Origin: Gemmatales bacterium
GTDB taxonomy: Bacteria; Planctomycetota; Planctomycetia; Gemmatales; HRBIN36
DNA: 64,000 bases
Assembly: GCA_041640595.1 (NCBI GenBank)
Contig: JBEPZY010000005.1
Location: forward strand, 32,001-96,000
Reading direction: 5' to 3'
The notes under the pieces: model-generated
Told to the model about the DNA's origin: nothing
Database searches by the model: none
Seen by the model: the letters and a program-made list of their open reading frames with translations, nothing else
Shown: positions 49,790-59,292 of the stretch, piece by piece
Layout: each line of letters starts with the position of its first letter
Numbering within the stretch: the first letter of the stretch is position 1
Position numbers and translations under genes: made by a program

Positions 49790-51655
49790 TTACTTCGCCG
49801 GTCGTTTCAAAATATCGGGAATTACCCCAGCGAATTTTGTTTCTTTCACTAGGAGGGTCAATTTGTAGTACTCTGACTTCAGGATAATCGCTTGGCCCTC
49901 ACAGCCTAGAAAAGGTGCTCCTATGTGGTATAACGAACTCGGCGGCAACTTATTGTTCGACTGGCTTAAATCCCATGTTACGTTCGTGTACTCCCATTTC
50001 TCGTTCACGAAATTGTAAACGTAGATCGAGACCGTTATCTCTTGCTCCCATTGGAAGGTCTCCGTCACTGGCCCCTTTTTGGGCGGTCGCTGATACTTGC
50101 CTTTTTTGTCCGGCTCTAGCCACCAAGGATTCTGATCCCACTTGCCGAAGACGAGGCCATGACCGAAACGTCTAGTGTTTTCGTCGGGACCTGAATACTC
50201 CAGTGTCGGCTCGAAAACGACCTGATAGGGCTCTTTTGGCGATTCTAAGAACGTTATGGCCTGGTTTAATTCGCTTGCGGGCCTTTCTTTGCCTGGCACG
50301 TGATAGCGCTCGAGTTTGTCCCTTTCCTCTCTTAGGAGCTTAATCGCATCCTTGCGGCTGTCGACTTTTTTCGGGTCACTCAAATCGGCAACGATAGTGT
50401 CGCGTAATTTGTCCCAGAAGTGCCGCTGCGCTTGCCGTAATTCCTCCACACTGGCAGAAGGTCTCGCTTGAGCAAGTATGCGGTTCAGGCCCTCTAACTT
50501 GCGGTTCCGGCCCTCTAAATCATGTAAATTTATCGTCCTAAGATCATTTTGCAAGCGCCTCCCAATTTCGTTGAGCTGCTGGCGTAATTGCTCTGCCCGC
50601 TTGTTGGGCCTCACGGCCAGCACGCAACCGTTCCGCAGAAGCTCACCGAGACGTGTTTGCTCCTTTTGCTCTCTCGGAAACTCGCGCCCTTCCGCCCAGG
50701 GTTGCAGCTCGTTTAGCACTCTTTCGATGTCCGGATCCGGGGGTATTAGGATTGAAATAAGGAGCCAGAACAAAGAGATAATCAAAGCAACCGCGAGAAG
50801 CACTTCCAACGGTTTGAGACGCAACTTACGAGCGAAGTCGTCCAGCTCGAAGAGGGTGCGCACCGTTGCCGTCAGTTGCCGGCCCTGTTCCGACGGAATG
50901 TGTTGCCGGCAGGGAGGATTGGCCACTTCTCGGACCGTCCTTCTCGGGTCAACGAGTCTGTCCGGTGCCTGGGGCCACTTGTCTTTTATCAAATCCGCAA
51001 TTTTTTCCCGAAACAGACGTGATAGGTCTCTTTGTTCCGGGTTGGTTTGCCAAAGGTCTTTGGCGGTGATGACGAAGATGACAGGTCGCATGCCTGGGCC
51101 GTTGCGCAGCGCTGGGCCCCGCCCTTCCAGCAAAGCCTCCAGCAAGCTTTCGGCACGCTCCAACTCCAATGTCAAATGGTCTTCATTAGAGTAGCGGTCC
51201 TGCTTCTGGGTCGGGTTGAAGAAAAACAAAAACGCGTCACATTGGCGTACCATGCTGGCCAGTTGACCCGATGAAGGATAACCCTCGCTTGCTTCCTTGT
51301 CCAGCTCCTCGCCAAACAGATCGTGAACCTCGATGCGGTACTGCCTTGTTTCTTTAGGACTATAGGAAAATTTCCAGACGAAACTGATTCCTTCCCAGGA
51401 TTCGGAAGTGCGCCCGGGGCGACCGTGCTGTTCGATCTCTTTGCCAACCACGTCGAGAAACCGCCGGCACTTTTCGTTGGGTTCGGCCAGCTGGTTTTGC
51501 TCATCCAAGTAGCGCAGGAAGTTGTAAAGGAACAACGTTTTGCCGGCGTGCGTGTAACCGTAAATGCCGATGTTGAGCGAGCGCGTCCGGCGAGAGGCTC
51601 GCTCCAGCCAGTTGGCGAGCGACCGAAGTACCTTGCTGGGGTATGCCGAGCTCAT
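49790..51655 (-). CDS. Membrane-anchored TRAFAC-like GTPase
   Basis: G1 IGIYGYTHAGKT, putative G2 T (GRTSE), G3 DLFGE, CDAFLFFFNP strand, G4 VITAKD; central TM LLAVALIISLFWLLISILI; GGAGGT RBS. Confidence 0.8.
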   Translation of the reverse strand: MSSAYPSKVLRSLANWLERASRRTRSLNIGIYGYTHAGKTLFLYNFLRYLDEQNQLAEPNEKCRRFLDVVGKEIEQHGRPGRTSESWEGISFVWKFSYSPKETRQYRIEVHDLFGEELDKEASEGYPSSGQLASMVRQCDAFLFFFNPTQKQDRYSNEDHLTLELERAESLLEALLEGRGPALRNGPGMRPVIFVITAKDLWQTNPEQRDLSRLFREKIADLIKDKWPQAPDRLVDPRRTVREVANPPCRQHIPSEQGRQLTATVRTLFELDDFARKLRLKPLEVLLAVALIISLFWLLISILIPPDPDIERVLNELQPWAEGREFPREQKEQTRLGELLRNGCVLAVRPNKRAEQLRQQLNEIGRRLQNDLRTINLHDLEGRNRKLEGLNRILAQARPSASVEELRQAQRHFWDKLRDTIVADLSDPKKVDSRKDAIKLLREERDKLERYHVPGKERPASELNQAITFLESPKEPYQVVFEPTLEYSGPDENTRRFGHGLVFGKWDQNPWWLEPDKKGKYQRPPKKGPVTETFQWEQEITVSIYVYNFVNEKWEYTNVTWDLSQSNNKLPPSSLYHIGAPFLGCEGQAIILKSEYYKLTLLVKETKFAGVIPDILKRPAK

Positions 51656-51685
51656 TGCAAACACCTCCGGAATGGTACACCGCTT

Positions 51686-52612
51686 TTAGTTCGGATTCTG
51701 TGCTTGCGGTTTGCCTTGTTCTGGTGGGCCCTCCTCAATAACGACCCACCCTCCGAAGACTTGACGGATGAGGTTCCGGACAGTGCTGAGCGCAGCCTCA
51801 CCTGGGTCGGGCAGCGTGTCCAACTTTACCCGGTTTTTCATTACATCATCCGGAGACAGATCACCTTTGATCGCGCTGAGCTGCTCTTTTAGTTTGCTCT
51901 CCCATTCTTGCGTATCTCGGCCCTCCACTTTTAGTGTTTTCGTTTGGTCACGGTTGCTCTTGGAGCGCCAATCCAGATGTACCGTCAAGTGTTTGGCTTG
52001 GTTACGGGGTTTTGGGCCTGCTTGGGGGCCGGAATCGGGAGAAGCCTGACCCTGTGCTTTAGGTTTTGCGTGGTCAGTCTTTGAGAGCTCCAGCTCCCAG
52101 CGAATCCGCAGGAAGACGTTTTCTGGCAGTTTTTGGGGGATTGTTGGGAATGTAGGGCCCGGGATGAGAGGGGTTGGCGGTTTTGGGGCCTCATCATTCT
52201 TTGAACGGCCTAGAAGATAATACGTAATGAACCCAGCGACGATCCCAGCGACCAGAGCGAGCGTTACGGCTGCCCAGGCAGGGACTATGATCATCCCCAC
52301 GACCAATACGGCGGTTCCCACTATGACGCCGACCATCGTTGCAATCAACAGGCGTTGAGCCTCGGCAATTGATTCCAGAAGATTGGATTTGCCAAGCCAG
52401 GCTCCGATGTTCCAGTTCGCGCTGACGATGCCCTGGATCGATGGCGATGCACGAGGCGGTTCCAGTTGCTGTAGTCCGGCAAAATCACTTAATCCGGTTA
52501 CGGATGAAGCAGGTGCCAGGCTATTTGCCGGGGTGCTGGAATATGCCACGGCGCCTGCGATAAGTCCAGTCAAAAGTGCCGCAGTGCACAGGGGCCAAGT
52601 AGGCCGTCGCAT
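51686..52612 (-). CDS. Membrane protein: signal/TM, two TMs, Pro-rich linker, C-terminal domain
   Basis: Hydrophobic segments; PKPPTPLIPGPTFPTIP; AAGGAG RBS. Confidence 0.75.
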   Translation of the reverse strand: MRRPTWPLCTAALLTGLIAGAVAYSSTPANSLAPASSVTGLSDFAGLQQLEPPRASPSIQGIVSANWNIGAWLGKSNLLESIAEAQRLLIATMVGVIVGTAVLVVGMIIVPAWAAVTLALVAGIVAGFITYYLLGRSKNDEAPKPPTPLIPGPTFPTIPQKLPENVFLRIRWELELSKTDHAKPKAQGQASPDSGPQAGPKPRNQAKHLTVHLDWRSKSNRDQTKTLKVEGRDTQEWESKLKEQLSAIKGDLSPDDVMKNRVKLDTLPDPGEAALSTVRNLIRQVFGGWVVIEEGPPEQGKPQAQNPN

Positions 52613-52648
52613 GATGTGTCTCCTTTGTGCCGCGCCGGTCTGGTTTCA

Positions 52649-53083
52649 CTATTCGAAAGCGAAGCGGACGCGGCGGACGAAGTAAACAGGTCGCTCCCAT
52701 TCTTTCTCTAATTTGCCCCTTCTTTCTTCCGGCCAGGCGCGATCGAAGCCGCGATCACTGAGCAAAATCATGACTCGCACTTCTTGCGGGTTAGTGCTGA
52801 TGTTCTGGGCCAGATGGTCAACCTCACCTTTGCTCTTGAGTTCTTTATTGCTTCGCCTCCAGCTTCCTCGGGCATCTTTTTCGAGAAGAAAGATACGGCC
52901 CTCCAGGTCGCCATAGGTGCCGCCGTAAAGGAGCAGAAACTGTGTGGGAGTCCCTTCCAAACTTACTGGGCGACGGCCAACGCGATACTGAGCCGTCACC
53001 AGTATGACCATCAACACTGCCAGCAGGCAGAGCGTAACATCCAGCAGCGACAAAAAGCGCACAATGACGCCAGTTGCTCGCAT
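52649..53083 (-). CDS. ExbD/TolR-like protein
   Basis: N-terminal TM SLLDVTLCLLAVLMVIL carrying the conserved intramembrane Asp; lies directly downstream of an ExbB-like gene. Confidence 0.7.
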   Translation of the reverse strand: MRATGVIVRFLSLLDVTLCLLAVLMVILVTAQYRVGRRPVSLEGTPTQFLLLYGGTYGDLEGRIFLLEKDARGSWRRSNKELKSKGEVDHLAQNISTNPQEVRVMILLSDRGFDRAWPEERRGKLEKEWERPVYFVRRVRFAFE

Positions 53084-53093
53084 ATTCGCGTGC

Positions 53094-53501
53094 CTATCTC
53101 TTAGTTTGGAACCACTGCAGCAGGTAAAGCGCTGCGTTCAGGAAGATATTGACGACCGCCCAGATCAGTCCGGAAATAGTGGTGGTCAAAGCCGGGGCCA
53201 GATTCATGACCATCTGGCCCACATCGGGGACATCTGCCCCTTCCAGGCCATAAGAGGTCAGTCCGTAAAAAGTATTGAGCAGCGCAATGACAGTGCCCAA
53301 AAGACCCAGCAGCGGCAATACTTCGGTGAAACTGAGCAGCGTGGCACGGAAAGTGTCGAAGTTCTCAATAGGGTGGAGCCTCCACCAGTATCGGTACAGG
53401 TACCAGACTAAACTTCCAAAATGGAGCAGGAAAAGGATACCTCCAAAAACCCAGATAACCGTATCGAGTGGCCCAAATGCTTGCCAGTAGTATTCGAGCA
53501 T
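53094..53501 (-). CDS. Minimal MotA/TolQ/ExbB proton-channel family protein (135 aa)
   Basis: LPLLGLLGTVIAL...F and ALTTTISGL..A signatures; three TMs; GGAGGT RBS. Confidence 0.85.
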   Translation of the reverse strand: MLEYYWQAFGPLDTVIWVFGGILFLLHFGSLVWYLYRYWWRLHPIENFDTFRATLLSFTEVLPLLGLLGTVIALLNTFYGLTSYGLEGADVPDVGQMVMNLAPALTTTISGLIWAVVNIFLNAALYLLQWFQTKR

Positions 53502-53540
53502 AGACATACCTCCACACCTACCGGCCAACGCTTTGGTCTT

Positions 53541-53570
53541 ATGATAGTGCGCCCAGACCAGAGTGGGCAA
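53541..53570 (-). promoter_or_regulatory. Putative sigma70 promoter of the six-gene operon
   Basis: Minus strand TTGCCC-N18-TATCAT about 40 bp before the start codon. Confidence 0.45.
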
Positions 53571-53821
53571 GAAAAAAATTGGAAAGTGCTGCGACTTTTT
53601 CCTCTCAGCTGGGCAGGATGAGCTGCACAGGACCCCGGGCTTGAAAACCAGACCGCGACACGCTGGAACTAAACGTTCACCGCTTGCCCATGCGCTTCCG
53701 TTACGAGGCACCGGTCGGACGTCAGCGGAAAGGAACGACTGACCGCCGGCGGGTGCATACTGCCCACCGGCCAGTGGGAACCGCCCACCTCGTCGCTGAA
53801 AATCGCCTACTCGCCCCGATA

Positions 53822-53880
53822 CCAGCTACTGGCCGCTGATTACCGGCCGCTGGTCACTGGCCACTGGTCACTGGCCACTG
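53822..53880. repeat. Heptamer tandem array (CACTGGY-type)
   Basis: ...ctggtcactggccactggtcactggccactg. Confidence 0.8.
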
Positions 53881-53891
53881 ATTTGGTTCGG

Positions 53892-54752
53892 TTAGGTGAT
53901 GCGGGTTTCGTGGGAGATGGTTTCGGGGCGGAAGTGGGCGGGGAGGTGCTGGTGCAGGAGATGGAGAATCTGGTCGTGGACTTTGCCGTTGCTGGCGAGA
54001 ACGTCGGGGCGGTGGATGGTGCGCTGGCCCGACCAGTCGGTGAATTTTCCTCCCGCTTCTTCGATGATCGGAACCAGGGCAGCCACATCCCAGGCATGGA
54101 CGCCGTAATCGAGCATCGCCTCGCCGGCCCCTTGCGCCACCAGCACAAAGCCGTAGCAATCGCCGAAACCCCGTTGCCTCTGCGTTCGCAGACACAACTC
54201 AATGAACGCCTGGCGGCAATCGCTGCCTAAGAACCAGCTGGCTCCGGAATAAAAAATTTGCCCCTGTTCGAGAGTGGAAATGGCGGAGACATGAAGGCGG
54301 TGGTCGTCGCGAAATGCTCCGTCGCCACGCAGAGCACGGTAAATGAAGCCGAGAGCCGGAAACGCCACCACCCCGGCAACCATTTCGCCGCGATATTCCA
54401 GGCCGACCAGCGTGCCCCACAACGGGATGCCCCGCAGAAAATTCCGCGTGCCGTCTATAGGATCAATAATCCACCGATAGCCACTGTCGCCGCTGTGTTC
54501 ACCGAACTCCTCGCCCCAGAAACCATCGCGAGGGAAGCGGCTCAGGAGCGATTCTCGGAGAGCACGTTCGGCTTCGCGGTCGGCAATCGTGACCGGACTC
54601 AGATTGGCTTTCCACTCTACCTGCACGGCAGTCGCCGAGGCCGGATCAGGGGCGGGAAATTCGAGTTGCCGGAAGTAACGAAGTGCCAGCTGTCCGGCCA
54701 GCCTGGCCGCTTCGATCGCCGTCTCGTAGCGATTTCGCCAGTCGGCATTCAT
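53892..54752 (-). CDS. hisN: Histidinol-phosphatase, inositol monophosphatase family
   Basis: SPVTIADREAE, GEE, WIIDPIDGT, RGFGDCYG, WDVAA, IIEEAGG. Confidence 0.85.
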   Translation of the reverse strand: MNADWRNRYETAIEAARLAGQLALRYFRQLEFPAPDPASATAVQVEWKANLSPVTIADREAERALRESLLSRFPRDGFWGEEFGEHSGDSGYRWIIDPIDGTRNFLRGIPLWGTLVGLEYRGEMVAGVVAFPALGFIYRALRGDGAFRDDHRLHVSAISTLEQGQIFYSGASWFLGSDCRQAFIELCLRTQRQRGFGDCYGFVLVAQGAGEAMLDYGVHAWDVAALVPIIEEAGGKFTDWSGQRTIHRPDVLASNGKVHDQILHLLHQHLPAHFRPETISHETRIT

Positions 54753-54821
54753 GAGGTAAGCCCCTAGTAGCGGCGGCTGAGCAAGCCGCGACGGTCCCTC
54801 ACAAATGACCTGTGAGCAGGG

Positions 54822-55278
54822 ACCAGTGGTCAGTGATCGGTGACCAGTGGCCAGTGGCTGGTGGCTGCTCATCGGCGACAAGTCATTAGTGCGCATTGTC
54901 CGCTGACCGGTGCTCAGTGACCCGTGATCGATGACAGATGGTCACTGACAGCCCGCCACTCATCACCAAGCACCAGTCGCCAGCCCCTGGCCACTAATTA
55001 CTGACCACTGGTCACCGGCGGCTAATCACTGGCCACTGTTCACGGGTCACTAAATTACTGGCCACTGGTCACTTACCACCGGCCACTGGGCACGGGCCAC
55101 TAATTGCTGGCCACTGGTCACTTACCACTGGCCACTTGCTCTTGATGTCGGATCACTTGTTTCCAGTCACCGATCGCTGGCCACTGGTCACCTACCACTG
55201 ACCACTGATTACTGGCCGCTGCTCACTGGCCACTGGCCACTGATCGCCGGCCACTGGTCACTGACCACCGGCCACTGA
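54822..55278. repeat. Heptamer tandem arrays in inverted arrangement
   Basis: CAGTGGY-type run at about 54822-54865, then a long CACTGGY/TACTGAC-type run at about 54940-55278. Confidence 0.88.
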
Positions 55279-55317
55279 TTTAGTGTAAGATGGTAGCAAG
55301 CAATTGTCCCACGCGAG

Positions 55318-55998
55318 ATGCGCATGAAAGAGAAGATTCTTATCGGCTGGAGTGGAGGCAAGGATAGCAGTTTGGCCGTCTGGCAGCTTCAGCAGGAGGC
55401 CAGATGGGAGCTGGTTGCTCTGGTGAGCACCATCACGGAGGGATACGAACGGTTGAGCATGCACGGCGTGCGTGTCGAGTTGATTCGGCAGCAGGCGGAG
55501 AGCCTGGGGCTGACGCTGGTCGAATCACGCATCCCGCTAAATGCCAGCAATGTTAGCTATGAAGCGGCCCTGACACGGACGTTAGAACCGTTCATCGAAC
55601 AAGGCGTGCGCAAGATGGCGTTTGGCGACCTGTTCCTGGCCGACATTCGCCGCTACCGTGAGGAATTGCTGGCGCGGTTGGGGATGGAGGCGGTGTTTCC
55701 GCTCTGGCGACGCGACACGGCAGCGTTGAGCCGTCAGTTTCTGCGGGCCGGTTTTCGTGCGGTTGTGGTGTGTGTGGACCCGCGGCAAATAGCAGCGGAG
55801 TTTTGCGGTCGCGAATATGACGAACGCTTCCTGGAGGAGTTACCGGCCAGTGCCGATCCGTGTGGCGAACGCGGCGAATTTCACACCTTCGTCTATGCTG
55901 GCCCGATCTTTCGCCGGCCGATTCCCGTTCGCCGTGGCGCTATAGTCCAGCGGGATGGGTTTTGCTTCTGCGATTTGCTGCCCGCACGGCGTGACTAG
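55318..55998 (+). CDS. PP-loop ATP-binding protein (diphthine-ammonia ligase / MJ0570 family)
   Basis: WSGGKDS, MHGVR, FGDLFL, FPLW, DPCGERGEFHTFV. Confidence 0.9.
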   Translation: MRMKEKILIGWSGGKDSSLAVWQLQQEARWELVALVSTITEGYERLSMHGVRVELIRQQAESLGLTLVESRIPLNASNVSYEAALTRTLEPFIEQGVRKMAFGDLFLADIRRYREELLARLGMEAVFPLWRRDTAALSRQFLRAGFRAVVVCVDPRQIAAEFCGREYDERFLEELPASADPCGERGEFHTFVYAGPIFRRPIPVRRGAIVQRDGFCFCDLLPARRD

Positions 55999-56526
55999 TG
56001 GTCAGTGGCCGGTGGTCAGAAAACAGGGATTAGGAATCCGCGACTAAGCGTTAGCAATTAGCAATTGGGGTTTACCGATGACGCATTAGCAAATACGGAT
56101 TCGGAATCAAGTAATCGGATAAGAGGAATTAGCGATAGGCGCTCGGCACTTGGATATCCATAAGCCTGGGTTGACTGTTTAATGGCGACTAATCACCCGC
56201 GACGAGTCGCTATTAACCACTAAACACCACCCATTAATATCCGGCAACTAATCACTGACCACTGAACACTGACCACTAATTACCGGGCACGAGTTACTAA
56301 CCACTAAACACTGGCGACTGACTCCGGCTACCAATCACTAAGCACTGATCACTAAGCATTAGCTTCTGGCGACTAATCAAAGGCCTAGAATTGCTAAGCA
56401 CTAATCATCGCTCACTGAGCACTGGCAACCAGTCGCCGGCTTCTAATCACTAACCACTTGTCACTAACCACTAATCACTGGCCACTAATTACTGGCCACT
56501 AAGCGCCGGCCGCCGAGCACTGACCA
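55996..56526. repeat. Degenerate heptamer arrays in inverted arrangement
   Basis: AGTGGTC/TTAGCAA-type run followed by a CACTAAT/CACTGAC-type run. Confidence 0.8.
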
Positions 56527-56544
56527 ATACGGCCGCCGCAGGAG

Positions 56545-56883
56545 TTAGTTGCTATCCGAACCAGTGGGCTGCACCAGTTCCCGAATGCGCACGGCAAAGC
56601 GATCCTGCACCACGACGACTTCGCCGCGGGCTACCAGCACACCGTTGATCCGTAAATCCACCGGCTGGCTAATGTCGCGGTCGAGTTCGAGCACCGAGCC
56701 TGGGCCGAGCCGTAAGACCTCGCGTAACGGCAACTGGGCTCGCCCCAGTTCAGCCGTGATGGTAACGGTGACTTTGTGCAGGTGATCCAGCGGTGCCGGC
56801 GATTCTGATGTGGTTTTGGGAGTCAGTTCCGTAAATTCAGCGGTATGGGCGATGATTTCGCTCATTTCGGCGGAAGTGGACAT
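56545..56883 (-). CDS. fliN: Flagellar motor switch protein FliN
   Basis: AELGRA...GSVLELD...PVDLRING..VARGEVVVV..RFAVRI. Confidence 0.93.
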   Translation of the reverse strand: MSTSAEMSEIIAHTAEFTELTPKTTSESPAPLDHLHKVTVTITAELGRAQLPLREVLRLGPGSVLELDRDISQPVDLRINGVLVARGEVVVVQDRFAVRIRELVQPTGSDSN

Positions 56884-56949
56884 GGTCTTGCTCCAGACTG
56901 GCGGCAGGTATTGGCCAGAAAGCAGCCGTAAGCTCTGCCGACTACTCGG

Positions 56950-57810
56950 TCACTGGCCAGTGGGCACCGGGTCAAGGGTAGCCGCGATTTGCACGGCCTG
57001 TTTGCTGCCCACCCGACCTGGCCAGGCGGTGTAGCGGGCACTTCCCTCCACGAGGACCAGTAATGGTTCCTCGAGCCGCTGTTCCAGGAGCAGCACATCG
57101 CCTGCTCGCAGTCGTTGCAGATGCGCCAGCGGCAAGCGAACCTGACCGAGCTGCACCTGCACTTTCAAAGGCACTTGCTGAAGGGCCTCTTCGATACGTC
57201 CCGGCGATTTCGGAGCCGTTGTTTCCAGTGCAAAAAATTGCTGCATCACCGCTTCGCTCAGCAACCACCAGACCAACCCGTCTGCGAAAGGTGGTTCGCC
57301 TCGCAGTTCGGCAACAGCCAGGGCGAATTGCTGGCGAAAAATTGGGGTAAATTGCGGAGCCGCCTCTCGAGCCTGGCGTTGCCATTGCGGTACTGGTTCC
57401 CGGCCCCAGCTTTCCCGCGCCAGGGCAAGAAAAACCTGGTCGAGGAACTGCTCCCACAGACTCGTTTCAATCACGGTCAACGGTCGGTCAGCGGGCAGAC
57501 TTTCACATCGTTCGCCCAGTTGCGCCAGTGTCCAGGCCAGCACCAGCGGACGGGAAACCACCAGCAGCGATGACGCCGAGTTCGACCAGGCGATGATGTA
57601 GGCCAGGACGTTTTCGGGCAGCTGGCTCAGGGCAGATTCGGTATAAGCGCGGCGAAGCGACTCCAGCCGTAAACTGAGCGGCAGGTGCAATTCACGCCGG
57701 CAATAGTCGTTGCATTGGGTCAGAAACACCGTCAGCCAAGCCCGCAATTGTCGAGAAACTTCGGGCGGATATGGTTGCGGCTGGCGAAAATCGTAAGGCG
57801 TGGCATTCAT
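56950..57810 (-). CDS. fliM: Flagellar motor switch protein FliM
   Basis: PYDFRQP, RPLTVIE, C-terminal SpoA domain; lies between fliL and fliN. Confidence 0.85.
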   Translation of the reverse strand: MNATPYDFRQPQPYPPEVSRQLRAWLTVFLTQCNDYCRRELHLPLSLRLESLRRAYTESALSQLPENVLAYIIAWSNSASSLLVVSRPLVLAWTLAQLGERCESLPADRPLTVIETSLWEQFLDQVFLALARESWGREPVPQWQRQAREAAPQFTPIFRQQFALAVAELRGEPPFADGLVWWLLSEAVMQQFFALETTAPKSPGRIEEALQQVPLKVQVQLGQVRLPLAHLQRLRAGDVLLLEQRLEEPLLVLVEGSARYTAWPGRVGSKQAVQIAATLDPVPTGQ

Positions 57811-58316
57811 TGCACGGTAAACTCTTCAAAATGCACCTGGCGGATCACCTCCCGGCCATCTGGATAAAGCATCTCGTTGAAATGATCGCGAATTTCCCGG
57901 CGGATGCGATTGATCCCGACGGTGCCTCGCACCTCCTCGAGTGTACGGTCAGCCAGGTAACTGATCAGCCAGCTTTTGAGCGGTGCCTTGCGCTTGTTGA
58001 GCAATTCGTTGAGCTTCTTTTCTTCGCTCTCTTCGACTTCCAGCACAATTTTGAGCCGCAGATAGCGGGTGAGCCGTTCTTCGTGCAAATTGACCACGAC
58101 ATCCCCGAAAGTGACGAACGCCGTCTTTTCTTCTTTTTTACTGCTGTGGCTCCTGGGGGAAGTATCCGCGTGACCTGCCGAGCCAGCGCCGGAAATGAAC
58201 CAGGGAACAGCAAAGCCGGCGGCAATGGACACCAGGGCAATTCCGCCCAGCGCTATCCAGCCGAGCAGCCCACTCTTTTTCGGTGTCTCGGTGGTTTGCT
58301 GTGCCGTTTCTGCCAT
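57807..58316 (-). CDS. fliL: Flagellar basal body-associated protein FliL
   Basis: N-terminal TM, VVNL...RYLR, C-terminal VHFEEFTVQ. Confidence 0.88.
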   Translation of the reverse strand: MAETAQQTTETPKKSGLLGWIALGGIALVSIAAGFAVPWFISGAGSAGHADTSPRSHSSKKEEKTAFVTFGDVVVNLHEERLTRYLRLKIVLEVEESEEKKLNELLNKRKAPLKSWLISYLADRTLEEVRGTVGINRIRREIRDHFNEMLYPDGREVIRQVHFEEFTVQ

Positions 58317-58455
58317 GCGATTCGCATCCCGAAGAAGAAAAGCCCAGGTGGTAGGCGGCTAAAGTGGCCTTCGGCACAGTGCCGGCACCGGCTTGATTCA
58401 GATTGAGCCGGCACACCGCGGACAGCTTGCTAAGAGCCGGTCTATCCAGCAAAGT

Positions 58456-59241
58456 CTAGCTTTTTGTGGCTGGCCGTGGGGGTGTCCGCTTCAGGTTTTT
58501 GACGCGCTCAATAATCTGGGTGGCCAGGTCGGGAGGCATTTGTTCGAGGATTTTGGCGGCCTTGCTTTCGCGGACCAGGCTGAAGAGCTTGACGGCGGTG
58601 TCGAGATTGCCCGTGTTGGCCATGTGCTCGAACAGTTTGGCGGCGCTTTCCGGAGCCATATTGCTGACCCGCTCGGCCAGGGTTTCCAGATTTTTGCGTT
58701 CGTTGTCTTCAAAAAGCCGCAGTGAACCTTCGAAGTCTTTGACCCGTTCGGCCACTTCTTCTTTCTGGCGAAGTAACTCCTGGCGCTTTTCGTCCAGTTT
58801 GCCGAGCTGTTCTTCGAGCAGGCGCATTTCGTCGGCGATTTGCTTGCGGAGCGCGTCGAGAGCAGCCCGCTCGGCGCGGATGTCGTTGTAGAGCAGTTCG
58901 AGGTTTTTCTGGCGGGCGTTGAGGACTTCTTCCTGCCGGCGCAGTTCTTCGCGGCGTTTTTCCAGGGTGGCCAGAAGCTGGACCGCCGCTTCGACCTGCT
59001 GGGATTGTGGTAAACGGACGGCCACGCGGTCGCCGCTGGCGCTGCTTTCTCCGCCGGATTCACTGGTAACTTCGCCACTCTGGGAAACGGCACCACTCTG
59101 CCCCGAACCGGATGCGTTCTCCGCAGATGCCTGCGAACGTTGATTCTTCTGCCACCACCATGACACACCGGCAGAGACTCCAAACAAGACCGCACCAACC
59201 AGCACGTACATGAGGATACGTTTCATGGTCAAAGCTCCCAT
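58456..59241 (-). CDS. MotE/YlxF-like flagellar protein
   Basis: N-terminal TM, coiled coil, MAPESAAKLF...KAAKILEQM; position after fliJ. Start may be 59226. Confidence 0.72.
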   Translation of the reverse strand: MGALTMKRILMYVLVGAVLFGVSAGVSWWWQKNQRSQASAENASGSGQSGAVSQSGEVTSESGGESSASGDRVAVRLPQSQQVEAAVQLLATLEKRREELRRQEEVLNARQKNLELLYNDIRAERAALDALRKQIADEMRLLEEQLGKLDEKRQELLRQKEEVAERVKDFEGSLRLFEDNERKNLETLAERVSNMAPESAAKLFEHMANTGNLDTAVKLFSLVRESKAAKILEQMPPDLATQIIERVKNLKRTPPRPATKS

Positions 59242-59292
59242 GCGAGACTCATTAATGCCCGGATATTAGCGGTCGGGAATGTATGGCCGTGG

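Noticed and set aside
52649..53501. Canonical Zorya zorAB or flagellar motAB
   Set aside because: The MotA-like protein has no long ZorA tail or MotA cytoplasmic loop, the partner shows no OmpA-like peptidoglycan-binding domain, and there is no zorC/D/E; proximity to the fli genes looks incidental.
44316..53800. tRNA-anchored integrative element with att sites
   Set aside because: I found no integrase and no duplicate of the tRNA 3' end by eye.
54753..54896. N-terminal extension of hisN
   Set aside because: It is largely translated heptamer repeat; ATG54752 fits the family start.
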